Below, piece after piece: positions 1 to 9,077 of a DNA stretch of 30,436 nucleotides. Positions within the stretch are counted from its first letter, which is position 1. The number at the start of each line of letters is the position of its first letter. Source of the DNA: a virus (taxonomy: Duplodnaviria; Heunggongvirae; Uroviricota; Caudoviricetes); IMG/VR virus record IMGVR_UViG_2693429557_000019. The stretch is one strand, 5' to 3'. The notes under the pieces were generated by a model, which saw nothing but the letters and a program-made list of their open reading frames with translations, was not told the origin of the DNA and made no database searches. A program made the translations under genes and the position numbers.

Positions 1-219
1 TCACATCCACATAATTTGCTGCCCTGACGGCAACGGGTGCGGCCTTACGGCGTGGACTTCTCCCGGCTTCACGATGTATCGCTGTACCGACTCATAAGTG
101 ATGAACGTGGCGCTGCAATTCACGTTCTGGCACTGGTGATAACGCTCTTTTGTCGTGTCAGTGATATAGCGACTTGTACGCGCATGTGCGGCATGCTGGC
201 ATAAAGGACAATGAAACAT
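1..219 (-). CDS. ogr: Late gene transcriptional activator Ogr (zinc-finger), 72 aa
   Basis: ORF-track protein contains MFHCPLCQ...CQNVNC, a Cys4 zinc-finger arrangement typical of P2 Ogr/Delta. Start trimmed to the Met giving 72 aa, the size I recall for P2 Ogr. Stop codon is the first 3 nt of the window. Lies immediately downstream of gene D as in P2. Confidence 0.88.
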   Translation of the reverse strand: MFHCPLCQHAAHARTSRYITDTTKERYHQCQNVNCSATFITYESVQRYIVKPGEVHAVRPHPLPSGQQIMWM

Positions 220-300
220 CGCGAGCACCTCTTCCGGTTTTGTTGATGGTGCCATTTTAGTTAATTTATCCTTATAAAACAAACAGATAAATAAACCACG

Positions 301-1464
301 TCACTCATCATCTTCTGTTTCGTACTCCACATCAGAAAGCCTTACCTCAAGCTCCAAGGACGTCGTGAAGCCGCTATTATTGAGACAATGTGTCACCTTA
401 GTGATGGTCCAGTCCTGCTCGTCTATGACGCGCTTAAAGCCTGACACTTTAACCGGTGTTTCCGTGTAAATATCTGCACGACCGGTAGCCAGGCTGATGG
501 AGAACTCCGCTACACCCCGTTGCAGTTTATCCCACTTCGCCTGAGCGGCGCGCATGGCCTGCGCTTTTGTGGCATATACCGTGGTCAGGGCAAAAACGTT
601 GTCAGCTTCACCGGCCATGTATTCACCTTCGCGCGCTTCCGGTACTTTTGGCGCTTTCTTCTGCGTGACCGGTTTCGCTTTCGGGTGCTCCAGTGCGCGC
701 AGGTGTTTTTCTTTCTTTTTGCGTTTCAGTTTTACCTTCTGCTTTTGCGGCTTCGGGTCTTTGGTGTGTAACCACTTTGCCGTTACGCCGGTGTAAGCTC
801 CACGGTCAGCAATCGCAAAATGATGACGGTCGCCGTCGCTGCGGGTGATGGTAATCTGCGGGATTTTTTTACCGCTGGCCGTCACCCCCTGCCCCGCTTT
901 GAGAAACAGCAGTTTTCCCATTTTTACCGACACCTCGCCGCCGTTGCGTTCAGCAAGACGGGTCAGGAATTTCGCATCAGACTCCTGCGACTGGTCGATG
1001 TGTGGAATTTTTATTCCGGCCAGTGACGGAGCGACACTGGCTTCCAGCCTGTTACGGGAGGCTATCGCCTCAACAATCGCACCGAGCGTAATGTCATGCC
1101 ATGAGCCTTCACGGCGGGAATTGAGCGTCCCGCGAAAATCTGCACTCCGGGCGCGGATGGTGACCACATCCGGCGCGCCCCGGTGTTCAACCTCATCAAC
1201 GGTAAATTTCCCTTTGCATACCAGGGCAAAACCTTTCCAGCCGATATACACCGTCAGGACAGCGCCACGAACCGGCAGCCCGACCTGCCCGTCGGCATCG
1301 TTCAGTTCAATATCAAGCTGGTCAGCCTCAAAGCCCCGGTTATCCGTCAGGGTCATGCTCATCAGACGGTCGCTGATATTGCCGGTAATATCCCTGCTGT
1401 CGAGCATCAGCATGTAATCCGGCGTCAGCGTACTGCCTGCATCAAATGTCAGCGCATCCAGCAT
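301..1464 (-). CDS. D: Tail protein D (late control gene D family), 387 aa
   Basis: Full-length ORF of 387 aa, matching the size I recall for P2 gpD. Position U-D-ogr is syntenic with P2. Start overlaps the gpU stop (ATGA). Confidence 0.9.
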   Translation of the reverse strand: MLDALTFDAGSTLTPDYMLMLDSRDITGNISDRLMSMTLTDNRGFEADQLDIELNDADGQVGLPVRGAVLTVYIGWKGFALVCKGKFTVDEVEHRGAPDVVTIRARSADFRGTLNSRREGSWHDITLGAIVEAIASRNRLEASVAPSLAGIKIPHIDQSQESDAKFLTRLAERNGGEVSVKMGKLLFLKAGQGVTASGKKIPQITITRSDGDRHHFAIADRGAYTGVTAKWLHTKDPKPQKQKVKLKRKKKEKHLRALEHPKAKPVTQKKAPKVPEAREGEYMAGEADNVFALTTVYATKAQAMRAAQAKWDKLQRGVAEFSISLATGRADIYTETPVKVSGFKRVIDEQDWTITKVTHCLNNSGFTTSLELEVRLSDVEYETEDDE

Positions 1465-1943
1465 TATCCCGCCCCCGTCATACCCGTGAATTTAGTCGCC
1501 ATACTGCCAGCCTTACCGATGAGCGATTCCGCCTGTTTACCGATATCGCCATAAAGCGCGGCCAGTGACTCATCAACGCGGGTGAGCGACAGCGTAAAAT
1601 CAATTTTCCGTGGTGTGCCGTCTGCAAAGAAAATACTCCCTGTTTCACTCACCTTGCTGATGACATACATGCCGTAAATCATGCCGGTGCCATCCAGCAA
1701 CGGCCACGCCCGGCCTTCCTCTGCCATCAGTCTGAGCGTGGTCATCGTCAGCTTTCCGCCAGTCAGTTCGGGATAAAGCACACCGGCAAGTGTGATGTTC
1801 TCCTCACCTACACCGAGAAACTGATAGGCATCCCGTTTACCGATACGGGAATTTGACGGCCAGCGATAATCTGATTCACGCTGCATGGTCTGGTGTGGCA
1901 GCGTCTGGCGCATAAAAACAAACATACCTAACGCGAGCATCAT
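1464..1943 (-). CDS. U: Tail protein U, 159 aa
   Basis: 159-aa ORF between tape measure and D; size and position match P2 gpU. Confidence 0.88.
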   Translation of the reverse strand: MMLALGMFVFMRQTLPHQTMQRESDYRWPSNSRIGKRDAYQFLGVGEENITLAGVLYPELTGGKLTMTTLRLMAEEGRAWPLLDGTGMIYGMYVISKVSETGSIFFADGTPRKIDFTLSLTRVDESLAALYGDIGKQAESLIGKAGSMATKFTGMTGAG

Positions 1944-1957
1944 TTTTCGTCACCTCC

Positions 1958-4405
1958 TTAACCGTCATGCATCATGCTGGCACGGGCGCGCGCACGTTTA
2001 TCCCGCTCGTATTTTTCGAGCGCATCCTGTAACTGGCGGTCAAGCTGTGTCCCCGGTGCAGTACCACCCGTCAGGCTGATGTGATATTCGTTTTTACTCT
2101 GGTCCACATAAGAGCGGCCAGCCGGTGCCGTGACCGGCTGATAAGCCTGATAGCCTGCATAAGAGCTGGTCGCCGGAATATAACCACCGGTGCCATACGT
2201 GGCGGCATGAGTTCTGGCGGCGGTCTGGTCAAGTGTGTCTGACTCTTTGTTGATGACCCCGAGCTTTTCCAGTACCCAGTCAATGCCGCTGCGCAATTTG
2301 TTGAACGCATTAAGCGGCAGCATCAGCGCGTCAGCCAGTGCCTGCCCGAACATGACGCCCGTGTCACGGCAACGGTTCAGGGTGTCCTGGGTGGCTTTGA
2401 CCGGGGCAATCAGGTTTTTAAACCACTGCCACGCAGCCTGTAACTTTTCGCCCAGCCAGTCAAACACCGGTTTCAGTGGCGTGAACAGCTCCCCCACCGG
2501 CGCAAATGCCGCTTTCAGCCCTTCAACCACACCGCCAAAGAATGCGCTGACAGGCTCCCAGTATTTACGGATAAGCAACGCCCCGGCGACAATGGCGGCC
2601 ACCACAGCCACAACCGGCCAGCTAATCGCCCCGATGGCCGTCATAACGGCACTACCAACCGTCGTGAAGATTGCCCCCATTGCGCCTGCTGCCGCGATGA
2701 TGGCATTGATGCCGGTGATAACCGGCCAGGCTACAAGACCAATTGCACCGATGATGCCAGTCAGCGCCAGCGCGCCACCGGCAATGAGGCCAATGGTTGA
2801 CGCCAGTGATTTGTTTTTCTGTACCCAGCCGTCGAGTTTTAACACATACTTTGTGGCCGTCTGCGTGAGCTTACGTAGCGCGCCTTCCTGCTGGTCAAAC
2901 AGGTCTGTCCCCACCGCCTCATAAGCGGACTGAAACTCCTTAAAGTCACCGCCGAGGTTGTCCTGCATGATATTTACCAGCTCTGCGGTCTTCCCGTCTG
3001 AGGCTTTAAACGCAGCGGTCAGTTTGTCCAGCTTTCCGGTTGACGCGGCAGTCATCAGCACAGCGGCGGCTGAGCTGGCCTCCTCCCCGAAAATGGTTTT
3101 CATGTATTCGGCCTGCTGGGCAGTACCGAGCCGGTTTTTCTCAAAGCTGGCCTGCATTTCTTTCAGAATGGTAAATACTGGTCGGGTGTTTCCCTTACTG
3201 TCTGAGGTTTTCACGCCAAGCTCTTTGAGTGCATCCCATGCTTTTCCAGTCGGTGCCTGCAGGCGACTTAACACGGCACGGCTTCCCGTCCCCGCCATTG
3301 AGCCTGTGATTTTTGCATCATGCAGCGCCCCGACCATTGCGGCGGTTTCTTCAATGCTGACACCGGCATTTTTTGCCACTGGTGCGGCATAGGTCAGCGC
3401 ATCGCTCATGCCGTCAAAATCAGCGGCGGTTTTGTTCATCGTCATGGAGAGAACATCCCCGATATGAGCGACCTTATCGTTTGAAAGCTGAAAGGCGGAT
3501 TTCATCCCCATCAGCAGGGCGGCGTTTTCTTCCATTGTGCGGCGGTTCGCCAGCGCCATATTCAGCGTGACCGGCGTTGCCGCCTGAATGGCATCAACAT
3601 CCCCACCCGCTTTCGCAATGATAATCTGTGCACCGGCCGCATCATCCGCTGAGGCGGCGGTGTTGTCACCGAGCTGGCGCGCCTGCTTGCGGAGTGCAGC
3701 CATTTCGGCGGAGTCTTTTGCCACACCGAGCACAGCCTGCAATTCTGAGTTTTTCTGCGCAAACTCATAACCTGGCATCAGCAGCTTAACTCCGGCTATC
3801 GTTCCCGCAGCAGCAATCCCCACACCGGCAGCGCCCACTGAGGCCATATTTCCGGCCAGTTCCTTTCCGGCCTGATAACGCTGTTTGACTGCGTTAAGTT
3901 TTGCCTGTTGCGCACTGACACGCGCCAGCGCGTCACGCTGCCGGTTAAGCTGGGCGGTGGTTTCACTGATACGGTTTTTCAGTCCCTGCTCATCATGTGC
4001 AAGATTGCGGGTATTAATTCCCACAGCGGCCAGTTCCCGCTGCTGGCGTTTAACGGAATCTGTCAGGCGGTTATATTTCGCCTGTAAGTCCTCCGCCGCA
4101 CGCTTTGCGGATTCCAGCACTTTCGCCTGAGCACGGGTCGGGCGTTCGGTGTTTTTAAACTGTGTGGCAAGGGCTTCGGCCTCCTGCCGTGCCTTTTCAA
4201 GTGCATGACCAGTCACGGCGAGCTGTGCACTGGTCTTGCGGAATCCCTCAATACGGGATGCGTGACCGTTCAGCTCGCGCAGTGATTTTTGTGTTTCCCG
4301 GATATCCCCCGACAGCAACTTACTCGCTCTGCGGATGGATTTAAACGGGCGGGACGCCTGGTCAACAGCCCTGAGCAATACCTGTAATTTTACATTGTTA
4401 CTCAT
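1958..4405 (-). CDS. T: Tail tape measure protein T, 815 aa
   Basis: 815-aa ORF with a coiled-coil N-terminal region and Gly/Ala-rich hydrophobic stretches typical of tape measure proteins. Follows E/E' as in P2. Start ATG at 4403-4405 overlaps the E' stop. Confidence 0.9.
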   Translation of the reverse strand: MSNNVKLQVLLRAVDQASRPFKSIRRASKLLSGDIRETQKSLRELNGHASRIEGFRKTSAQLAVTGHALEKARQEAEALATQFKNTERPTRAQAKVLESAKRAAEDLQAKYNRLTDSVKRQQRELAAVGINTRNLAHDEQGLKNRISETTAQLNRQRDALARVSAQQAKLNAVKQRYQAGKELAGNMASVGAAGVGIAAAGTIAGVKLLMPGYEFAQKNSELQAVLGVAKDSAEMAALRKQARQLGDNTAASADDAAGAQIIIAKAGGDVDAIQAATPVTLNMALANRRTMEENAALLMGMKSAFQLSNDKVAHIGDVLSMTMNKTAADFDGMSDALTYAAPVAKNAGVSIEETAAMVGALHDAKITGSMAGTGSRAVLSRLQAPTGKAWDALKELGVKTSDSKGNTRPVFTILKEMQASFEKNRLGTAQQAEYMKTIFGEEASSAAAVLMTAASTGKLDKLTAAFKASDGKTAELVNIMQDNLGGDFKEFQSAYEAVGTDLFDQQEGALRKLTQTATKYVLKLDGWVQKNKSLASTIGLIAGGALALTGIIGAIGLVAWPVITGINAIIAAAGAMGAIFTTVGSAVMTAIGAISWPVVAVVAAIVAGALLIRKYWEPVSAFFGGVVEGLKAAFAPVGELFTPLKPVFDWLGEKLQAAWQWFKNLIAPVKATQDTLNRCRDTGVMFGQALADALMLPLNAFNKLRSGIDWVLEKLGVINKESDTLDQTAARTHAATYGTGGYIPATSSYAGYQAYQPVTAPAGRSYVDQSKNEYHISLTGGTAPGTQLDRQLQDALEKYERDKRARARASMMHDG

Positions 4406-4825
4406 TCGTGTTTCCGCTTCGCCTGAGCGCCTTTTCGCGCCATGTGATGAGTTCGGTCAGGCTCATGGGATACAGTTCTGATGGCGGCCAGTGAAATATC
4501 ACTGCCACATCCGCCATCAGGTCATCGACCGACAGATTTTTCGGAAGCGTCACTGCACCGAGTTCGGCGACAAAAAACCGACCACCTTACCGGCCAGCGC
4601 CACAAGGTCAGGCAGTTCCAGCGCGGCGACTTCCTGCTCGGTCAGCATCGGTGCCGTCATGCGCGGCAGCACCTTAATCAGTGCATCGACTTCTGAGTTT
4701 GCGACCGCAGCCAGACTGACACCGCGCAGCGTCCCCGCACTGGGTTTCATCAGCGTGACCTGTTCGATAACCTGCTCACCACGCTTGACCGGATTGTCCA
4801 GGGTAATCACATTTTCTTTGTTCAT
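4398..4825 (-). CDS. E+E': Tail assembly chaperone E+E' fusion made by -1 programmed ribosomal frameshift (about 142 aa)
   Basis: Hand translation of the minus strand: a -1 slip on T_TTT_TTG (plus-strand 4571..4577) continues VAELGAVTLPKNLSVDDLMADVAVIFHWPPSELYPMSLTELITWREKALRRSGNTNE to a TAA at 4398..4400, which overlaps the T start codon. Total length about 142 aa, the size I recall for P2 E+E'. Confidence 0.75.
4550..4825 (-). CDS. E: Tail assembly chaperone E (zero-frame product), 91 aa
   Basis: 91-aa ORF directly upstream of T and downstream of FII. Ends just after a TTTTTTG heptamer, as in P2 gene E. Confidence 0.85.
   Translation of the reverse strand: MNKENVITLDNPVKRGEQVIEQVTLMKPSAGTLRGVSLAAVANSEVDALIKVLPRMTAPMLTEQEVAALELPDLVALAGKVVGFLSPNSVQ
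4571..4577 (-). promoter_or_regulatory. Slippery heptanucleotide T_TTT_TTG for the E/E' -1 programmed frameshift
   Basis: Plus strand reads caaaaaa, i.e. TTTTTTG on the coding strand, in the X_XXY_YYZ register of the E reading frame. Confidence 0.7.
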
Positions 4826-4881
4826 GGTTTTCTCACTTCTGAATCGGGGTTAACCGGTCAGCCAGGCTGACCGGATGAAAA

Positions 4882-5400
4882 TTACAGGCCGATATTGCGG
4901 CGGTGTTGCTCCAGCCGGTCGACGCCGTTCACCTTCTCAATCATGTTGATGGTGTCGATTTCGACCAGCTCCTTACCGTCCATCGTCAGCCGGAAATAGG
5001 TGCAGACCACGGAGATTTTCGACTCGGTGTCTTCTCCCTGTTTACCCTCGCCGGTGTCGATTTCTTTCTGACGGCCACGCATGACCACCTCTACGGCCAC
5101 CGTTTCGCCGGTATCGTCACGCTGGTAAGAGCCTGCAAAACGAATCGGCACGGCATCCACACCGGTTGCGGCGTAAAGCTCCCAGATAACCGAATCCGGG
5201 AAGCCCCCGAGCGACCACTCCATTGACAGCGCATCGTCATCAAGGCCGAGGTCTACCGGTGCGCTTCCGTTCATCCCCGCACCGCGATAGTTTTCGAGTT
5301 TACGGGTCAGTTTTGGCAGCGTGACGGACTTTGCAACGCCCTGATAGCTGTAGCCGTTCAGAAAGACGTTCATTAACTTGAGTTTGCGCGGCATTGCCAT
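4882..5400 (-). CDS. FII: Major tail tube protein FII, 172 aa
   Basis: 172-aa ORF; size and position (FI-FII-E-T) match P2. Confidence 0.9.
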   Translation of the reverse strand: MAMPRKLKLMNVFLNGYSYQGVAKSVTLPKLTRKLENYRGAGMNGSAPVDLGLDDDALSMEWSLGGFPDSVIWELYAATGVDAVPIRFAGSYQRDDTGETVAVEVVMRGRQKEIDTGEGKQGEDTESKISVVCTYFRLTMDGKELVEIDTINMIEKVNGVDRLEQHRRNIGL

Positions 5401-5412
5401 CGGTCAGGCTCC

Positions 5413-6603
5413 TTAATTGCTGTTAACCGAGGTGACCAGATTTGCCAGGTATTTATCGGTAATACGCTGGCGCAGGGTCAGGTTTTCAAGAGGAGGCACC
5501 GGGGTATAGTCGTAGTCGATATACAGTTTTCCGGCCTTGAGGGTTTCCGCATCGTTGGATTCTTCGCTGAACCAGCAGGTCGCATCCACGATATAGCCGT
5601 TTGTTTTCAGCTCACGGAATTTGGCATTGATGCCGTCAACGATGTCGCGAATCAGCGTTGCGGTGATGGGCTTGTCCACCGCCCACATGTGCGCCTCAGC
5701 CATCGTGTCGGCCAGCACCTGCGCGGTGCGGGTGTAGTTTTCAAAGAGGAACAGCGGGTCATCAGAGCAGGTACGGTTACCCCAGAAGCGGAAACCGTCA
5801 CGGCGAATCAGCGTTGTGACGCCTGACTCGTTAAGCAGGTCAGCATCGGTGCCGGACTCCTGCAAATCCCAGAATACGGACGCGCTGATGCCGGTAACAC
5901 CGTTCACCCCGACGTTGGACAGCGTTTTATGCCAGCCCTGCTCCTGGTCGATTTTAGCGCGCAGACCCAGCGCACGGGCGGTGGCATACGCGGTGGCGGT
6001 GGTACTGGCGACCGTATCCCATGCGAGGAAATCCGGCCAGATGACCATCAGCTCACGCTGGCTGAAATTCTGACGGTAGGCTTTCACCTCGGAAACGGTC
6101 TTACAGCCCCATGCGCTGATATACCCGAAAGCGCGCAGCTTCTGACAGACTGATGCCAGTGCAACAGCCACCTCTTTGGTGTCCAGTCCCGGCACGCCGA
6201 GAATACGCGGTTTAACACCGGTTACCGACTCCGCCGCCAGCAGGGCTTTCAGTCCGGTGTACTGACCGTTTTCGTCGGTGGTGCCGATGATATTGGAAAC
6301 GGTCTGCGCGAGTTTCGTTTCCTCGTCGTCGCCGGTGCCGTCTTCCACACGCACGACAACGGTGACCGGTTTTGACTGGTCGGCGATGGCCTGCAACGAT
6401 GCCGCCAGCGTGCCTTTTTTACCGGCCTTTGCAATTGCGCTCTGCACATTGGTAATCAGCACCGGTTTATTGAGGGGGAAGGTTTCCGCATCCGCATCGC
6501 TGGCCGTGCAGACCATGCCGACAATGGCAGTGGATACGGTGGAAATGACGCGGGTGCCGTCGTTAATCTCCAGCACCTGCACGCCGTGATGATAGTCACT
6601 CAT
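5413..6603 (-). CDS. FI: Contractile tail sheath protein FI, 396 aa
   Basis: 396-aa ORF at the head of the FI-FII-E-T-U-D operon; size matches P2 gpFI. Confidence 0.9.
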   Translation of the reverse strand: MSDYHHGVQVLEINDGTRVISTVSTAIVGMVCTASDADAETFPLNKPVLITNVQSAIAKAGKKGTLAASLQAIADQSKPVTVVVRVEDGTGDDEETKLAQTVSNIIGTTDENGQYTGLKALLAAESVTGVKPRILGVPGLDTKEVAVALASVCQKLRAFGYISAWGCKTVSEVKAYRQNFSQRELMVIWPDFLAWDTVASTTATAYATARALGLRAKIDQEQGWHKTLSNVGVNGVTGISASVFWDLQESGTDADLLNESGVTTLIRRDGFRFWGNRTCSDDPLFLFENYTRTAQVLADTMAEAHMWAVDKPITATLIRDIVDGINAKFRELKTNGYIVDATCWFSEESNDAETLKAGKLYIDYDYTPVPPLENLTLRQRITDKYLANLVTSVNSN

Positions 6604-6726
6604 CCGTTTAACTCCGTGGTTAATGGGTGCAACTATTTTCTGTTGGGCAGTGCATGAGACGCTATTTGACCTGGCTGGTCAGTGGATGAAACAACAGATA
6701 AAGAAAATGCGGGCAATTCGCCCGCA

Positions 6727-6744
6727 TGTCCTGATTTGTACACA
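6727..6744. promoter_or_regulatory. Candidate Ogr-binding dyad TGT-N12-ACA of the late promoter for the FI operon
   Basis: Sequence tgtcctgatttgtacaca has TGT and ACA separated by 12 nt. It lies about 125-140 bp upstream of the FI start on the minus strand, the arrangement described for P2 late promoters. Only the dyad was seen; -10/-35 elements were not mapped. Confidence 0.4.
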
Positions 6745-6942
6745 CTCATTTTCCGACTGACAGTTTACATAGCCCAAACGCTATCAAATCTGACAGCCTG
6801 CTATGAGCGAAAAGCGTTAAATCTCACGATATCTGCTACCGGGAAAAATTTCGATTATCTTCGATGGGAACTTTGATAATGTAGTAAATGCCATTTTCAG
6901 CGATCACTTTTCAAGCGTGTGTAAATGATTAATGTTAAAAAA

Positions 6943-6972
6943 TTGACTTCACTGAAATAAGGTTGCTAGTAT
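6943..6972 (+). promoter_or_regulatory. Candidate sigma70 promoter for the cargo gene (TTGACT-N18-TAGTAT)
   Basis: TTGACT at 6943..6948 and TAGTAT at 6967..6972 in an AT-rich stretch about 40 bp upstream of the cargo ATG. A Shine-Dalgarno-like taaggaa lies about 8 nt before the ATG at 7014. Confidence 0.45.
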
Positions 6973-7013
6973 TTTTGGAGCAACCATTAATGTTTTTTAT
7001 TTAAGGAATGTAA

Positions 7014-8432
7014 ATGACATACGCACTGATTGATAATTCAACTCTAACTGCAGTCCAAAGAATCGAGGGGAAAGTAAAAACAAGATCGAAGGACTCAGTA
7101 GATACAGACATAATAGCATTTGAGAACTATATACAGTCTATTTTGTTCTATGATCACGTTATCGCGGTTGATGATTATATTCCAGAGTACCGTGGGAGTA
7201 GGATTTCAAGTTTCAGAGAGATATTATTTCTTGATAAAGCACAATATGGGTTGGATGAAATTGAAAGTGAAGCAAAAAAAATATCTGATGCATTGAAACC
7301 TAAAATTCGTGGTGGAACATTTGTTAATGACGATTTTAAAAAACTAATTGAACTTCTTCAGACACATATCATATGTACATGGGACATTAGTTCAAGTGTT
7401 TATCATCTAACACTGAAGAACTTATCTGATGGAGGTAAGGAGTTTGAAAAATATGGTAACATTGCTGCTGCCATTTTTTCAGAACTGCGTGATGCTGCTG
7501 AGTCTGGTAATAGAACAAATGGCGATGTTGAACTTCTCGATCGATTTGGCAACCCTATTCGCAAGGGGTACAAAGTTCCCGGAGCAAAATGGGGGGATGG
7601 CACATCTGCTGGTGAAGCATCAGATGCAATCAAAGCATTCGTGGCTTCGCTTGTATGGCTGGCTAATCGGGCAGTATTTTATTCTCTCACAGCTAAGTAC
7701 CTTCAAGCAGATACTTTTTTATATCCATTACGTCAGGCGTATCAACAGACATATTTAAGCCAAAACTGTCAGTATGGTTTTGACTATGCTAAACATATTG
7801 TAGAAAACTTTTCCACTTCGTTAAGTCATGATCTCATTGATATTCATTCTGGTGGTAAAGCTGTAGCAACAGCAACTTCGCTTCCTTTATTTTCGGCATG
7901 GCTCGCAAAAGAAACTGGTGATCCAAGTTGTATTGTTGAAGCTGCTTATAACATAAGGGACAACAACGAATTTGTAAGGGCCCGTGAGAAAATGCGAGAA
8001 ATAAAGCGCTTGTTTGATGAAAATGAATTGCCTCAAGCTAATAAGTCAGTAAGAGCATTGCTTACTGAAGTATCGAAAGAATCAGATTATATTCGAACTA
8101 AGTATGGGCTCAAGACTAGACAAGGTGTACCTGTAACTAAGCTTGTACATGTATACAATACTGTTGCGGCTATTAATTCCCTTCCGAAACTACCGACCTT
8201 TAATTTTAAAGTTAAAGTTCCTGATTTCTTATATGATCTTAAAAAACCCAAGGGGTTTCGTGCTCTCTATCGAAATTTGACTAATGATCTTTCTACTGTG
8301 TGGTCGTTAGGAGAAGCTCGAGATATTCTTGGAAGTAAAGTTGTGATAGATAATCATGCAAGAATTTACAGTCCGAAGCATGAAGAACCGCGTTTCAAAA
8401 ACTCTCATTCCCCATATAAGAGCCCGATGTAG
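7014..8432 (+). CDS. Hypothetical 472-aa protein, AT-rich cargo gene at the FI/G (Z/fun) variable locus
   Basis: Long uninterrupted ORF on the strand opposite both flanking phage operons. Visibly lower GC than flanking phage DNA. Own promoter-like elements and RBS. I recognise no catalytic motif and no resemblance to a P2 protein. Confidence 0.8.
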   Translation: MTYALIDNSTLTAVQRIEGKVKTRSKDSVDTDIIAFENYIQSILFYDHVIAVDDYIPEYRGSRISSFREILFLDKAQYGLDEIESEAKKISDALKPKIRGGTFVNDDFKKLIELLQTHIICTWDISSSVYHLTLKNLSDGGKEFEKYGNIAAAIFSELRDAAESGNRTNGDVELLDRFGNPIRKGYKVPGAKWGDGTSAGEASDAIKAFVASLVWLANRAVFYSLTAKYLQADTFLYPLRQAYQQTYLSQNCQYGFDYAKHIVENFSTSLSHDLIDIHSGGKAVATATSLPLFSAWLAKETGDPSCIVEAAYNIRDNNEFVRAREKMREIKRLFDENELPQANKSVRALLTEVSKESDYIRTKYGLKTRQGVPVTKLVHVYNTVAAINSLPKLPTFNFKVKVPDFLYDLKKPKGFRALYRNLTNDLSTVWSLGEARDILGSKVVIDNHARIYSPKHEEPRFKNSHSPYKSPM

Positions 8433-8546
8433 CTTAAGAAAAAGACACGCCCACCTTGTGCGTCTACTTCTGGCACAGAGCGGACTCTCAGATTAGGCTT
8501 TACTCTGTGCCATAGATATGTAAGCTCACACCAGAGCTCATACAAC

Positions 8547-9074
8547 TTATTGCGGCATTTCCGGCCATTCAGGATTTGCAGGATCCACACGACTGACCAG
8601 AACACTGTAGCGTTCCCATGCCTCCAGTCGACTGCGCTCCTCATCTGTTGCCATATTCAGCCTGACAGCGCGCTCCAGCGGCAAAATCACGGATTCAGCA
8701 TCTGCAAGAAGTCTGGCTTTCCGATTTTCTGCCTGCTGCTGCAATTCCTCTGCCGTATAAATTCGTTTAATCACTGTACAGTCCTTAAACATCCAGTTCC
8801 CTGAAATGTCCGCCCGTCGGTTAGCAGTAATATCCGGCACTTCAACAACACTTAATCCATCCGGTCTGATAGCTGTCACATCCTTTTCCACATAGCGGAT
8901 AATATTATCTTTGTCGTACGCTATTTTTATCGTGTCATCAGCAAAATACTTTTGTTCTTCGTACCAGTTCTTACCATCTTCTGAAAAAAACCAGACAACA
9001 TCAAAGTCCTTTGTCAATTGATATTGTTCAACCGTTTTTGGATTACCTGCCGTTATATTTATCAAATGCTGCAT
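8547..9074 (-). CDS. G: Tail fiber assembly protein G, 175 aa
   Basis: 175-aa ORF immediately downstream of tail fiber gene H; size and position match P2 gpG. Confidence 0.85.
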   Translation of the reverse strand: MQHLINITAGNPKTVEQYQLTKDFDVVWFFSEDGKNWYEEQKYFADDTIKIAYDKDNIIRYVEKDVTAIRPDGLSVVEVPDITANRRADISGNWMFKDCTVIKRIYTAEELQQQAENRKARLLADAESVILPLERAVRLNMATDEERSRLEAWERYSVLVSRVDPANPEWPEMPQ

Positions 9075-9077
9075 AAA

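Noticed and set aside
1-282. N-terminal extensions in the ORF track (ogr to 282, X to 16816, L to 17316, O to 20154, P from 20232, DUF262 gene from 23422, A to 27983, istA from 27997, istB from 29438)
   Set aside because: The ORF track reports the longest ORF, sometimes from a non-ATG start. Starts were trimmed to the Met that matches known P2 protein lengths and has an upstream RBS.
845-1417. 190-aa plus-strand ORF, with similar long ORFs at 2235..2924, 2958..3392, 11194..11904, 13520..14044, 16615..17061 and 17353..17952
   Set aside because: All lie antisense to, and wholly inside, well-supported phage structural genes. Their translations are low-complexity and Arg/Ser/Pro-rich, typical of spurious ORFs on the non-coding strand of GC-rich coding DNA.
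6682-6876. 64-aa plus-strand ORF in the FI/cargo intergenic region
   Set aside because: No RBS seen, overlaps the predicted late-promoter dyad region, and composition is unremarkable; more likely non-coding regulatory DNA.
8405-8644. 79-aa minus-strand ORF spanning the cargo/G gap
   Set aside because: It overlaps the 3' end of the cargo gene on the opposite strand and the G terminus; likely a chance ORF.
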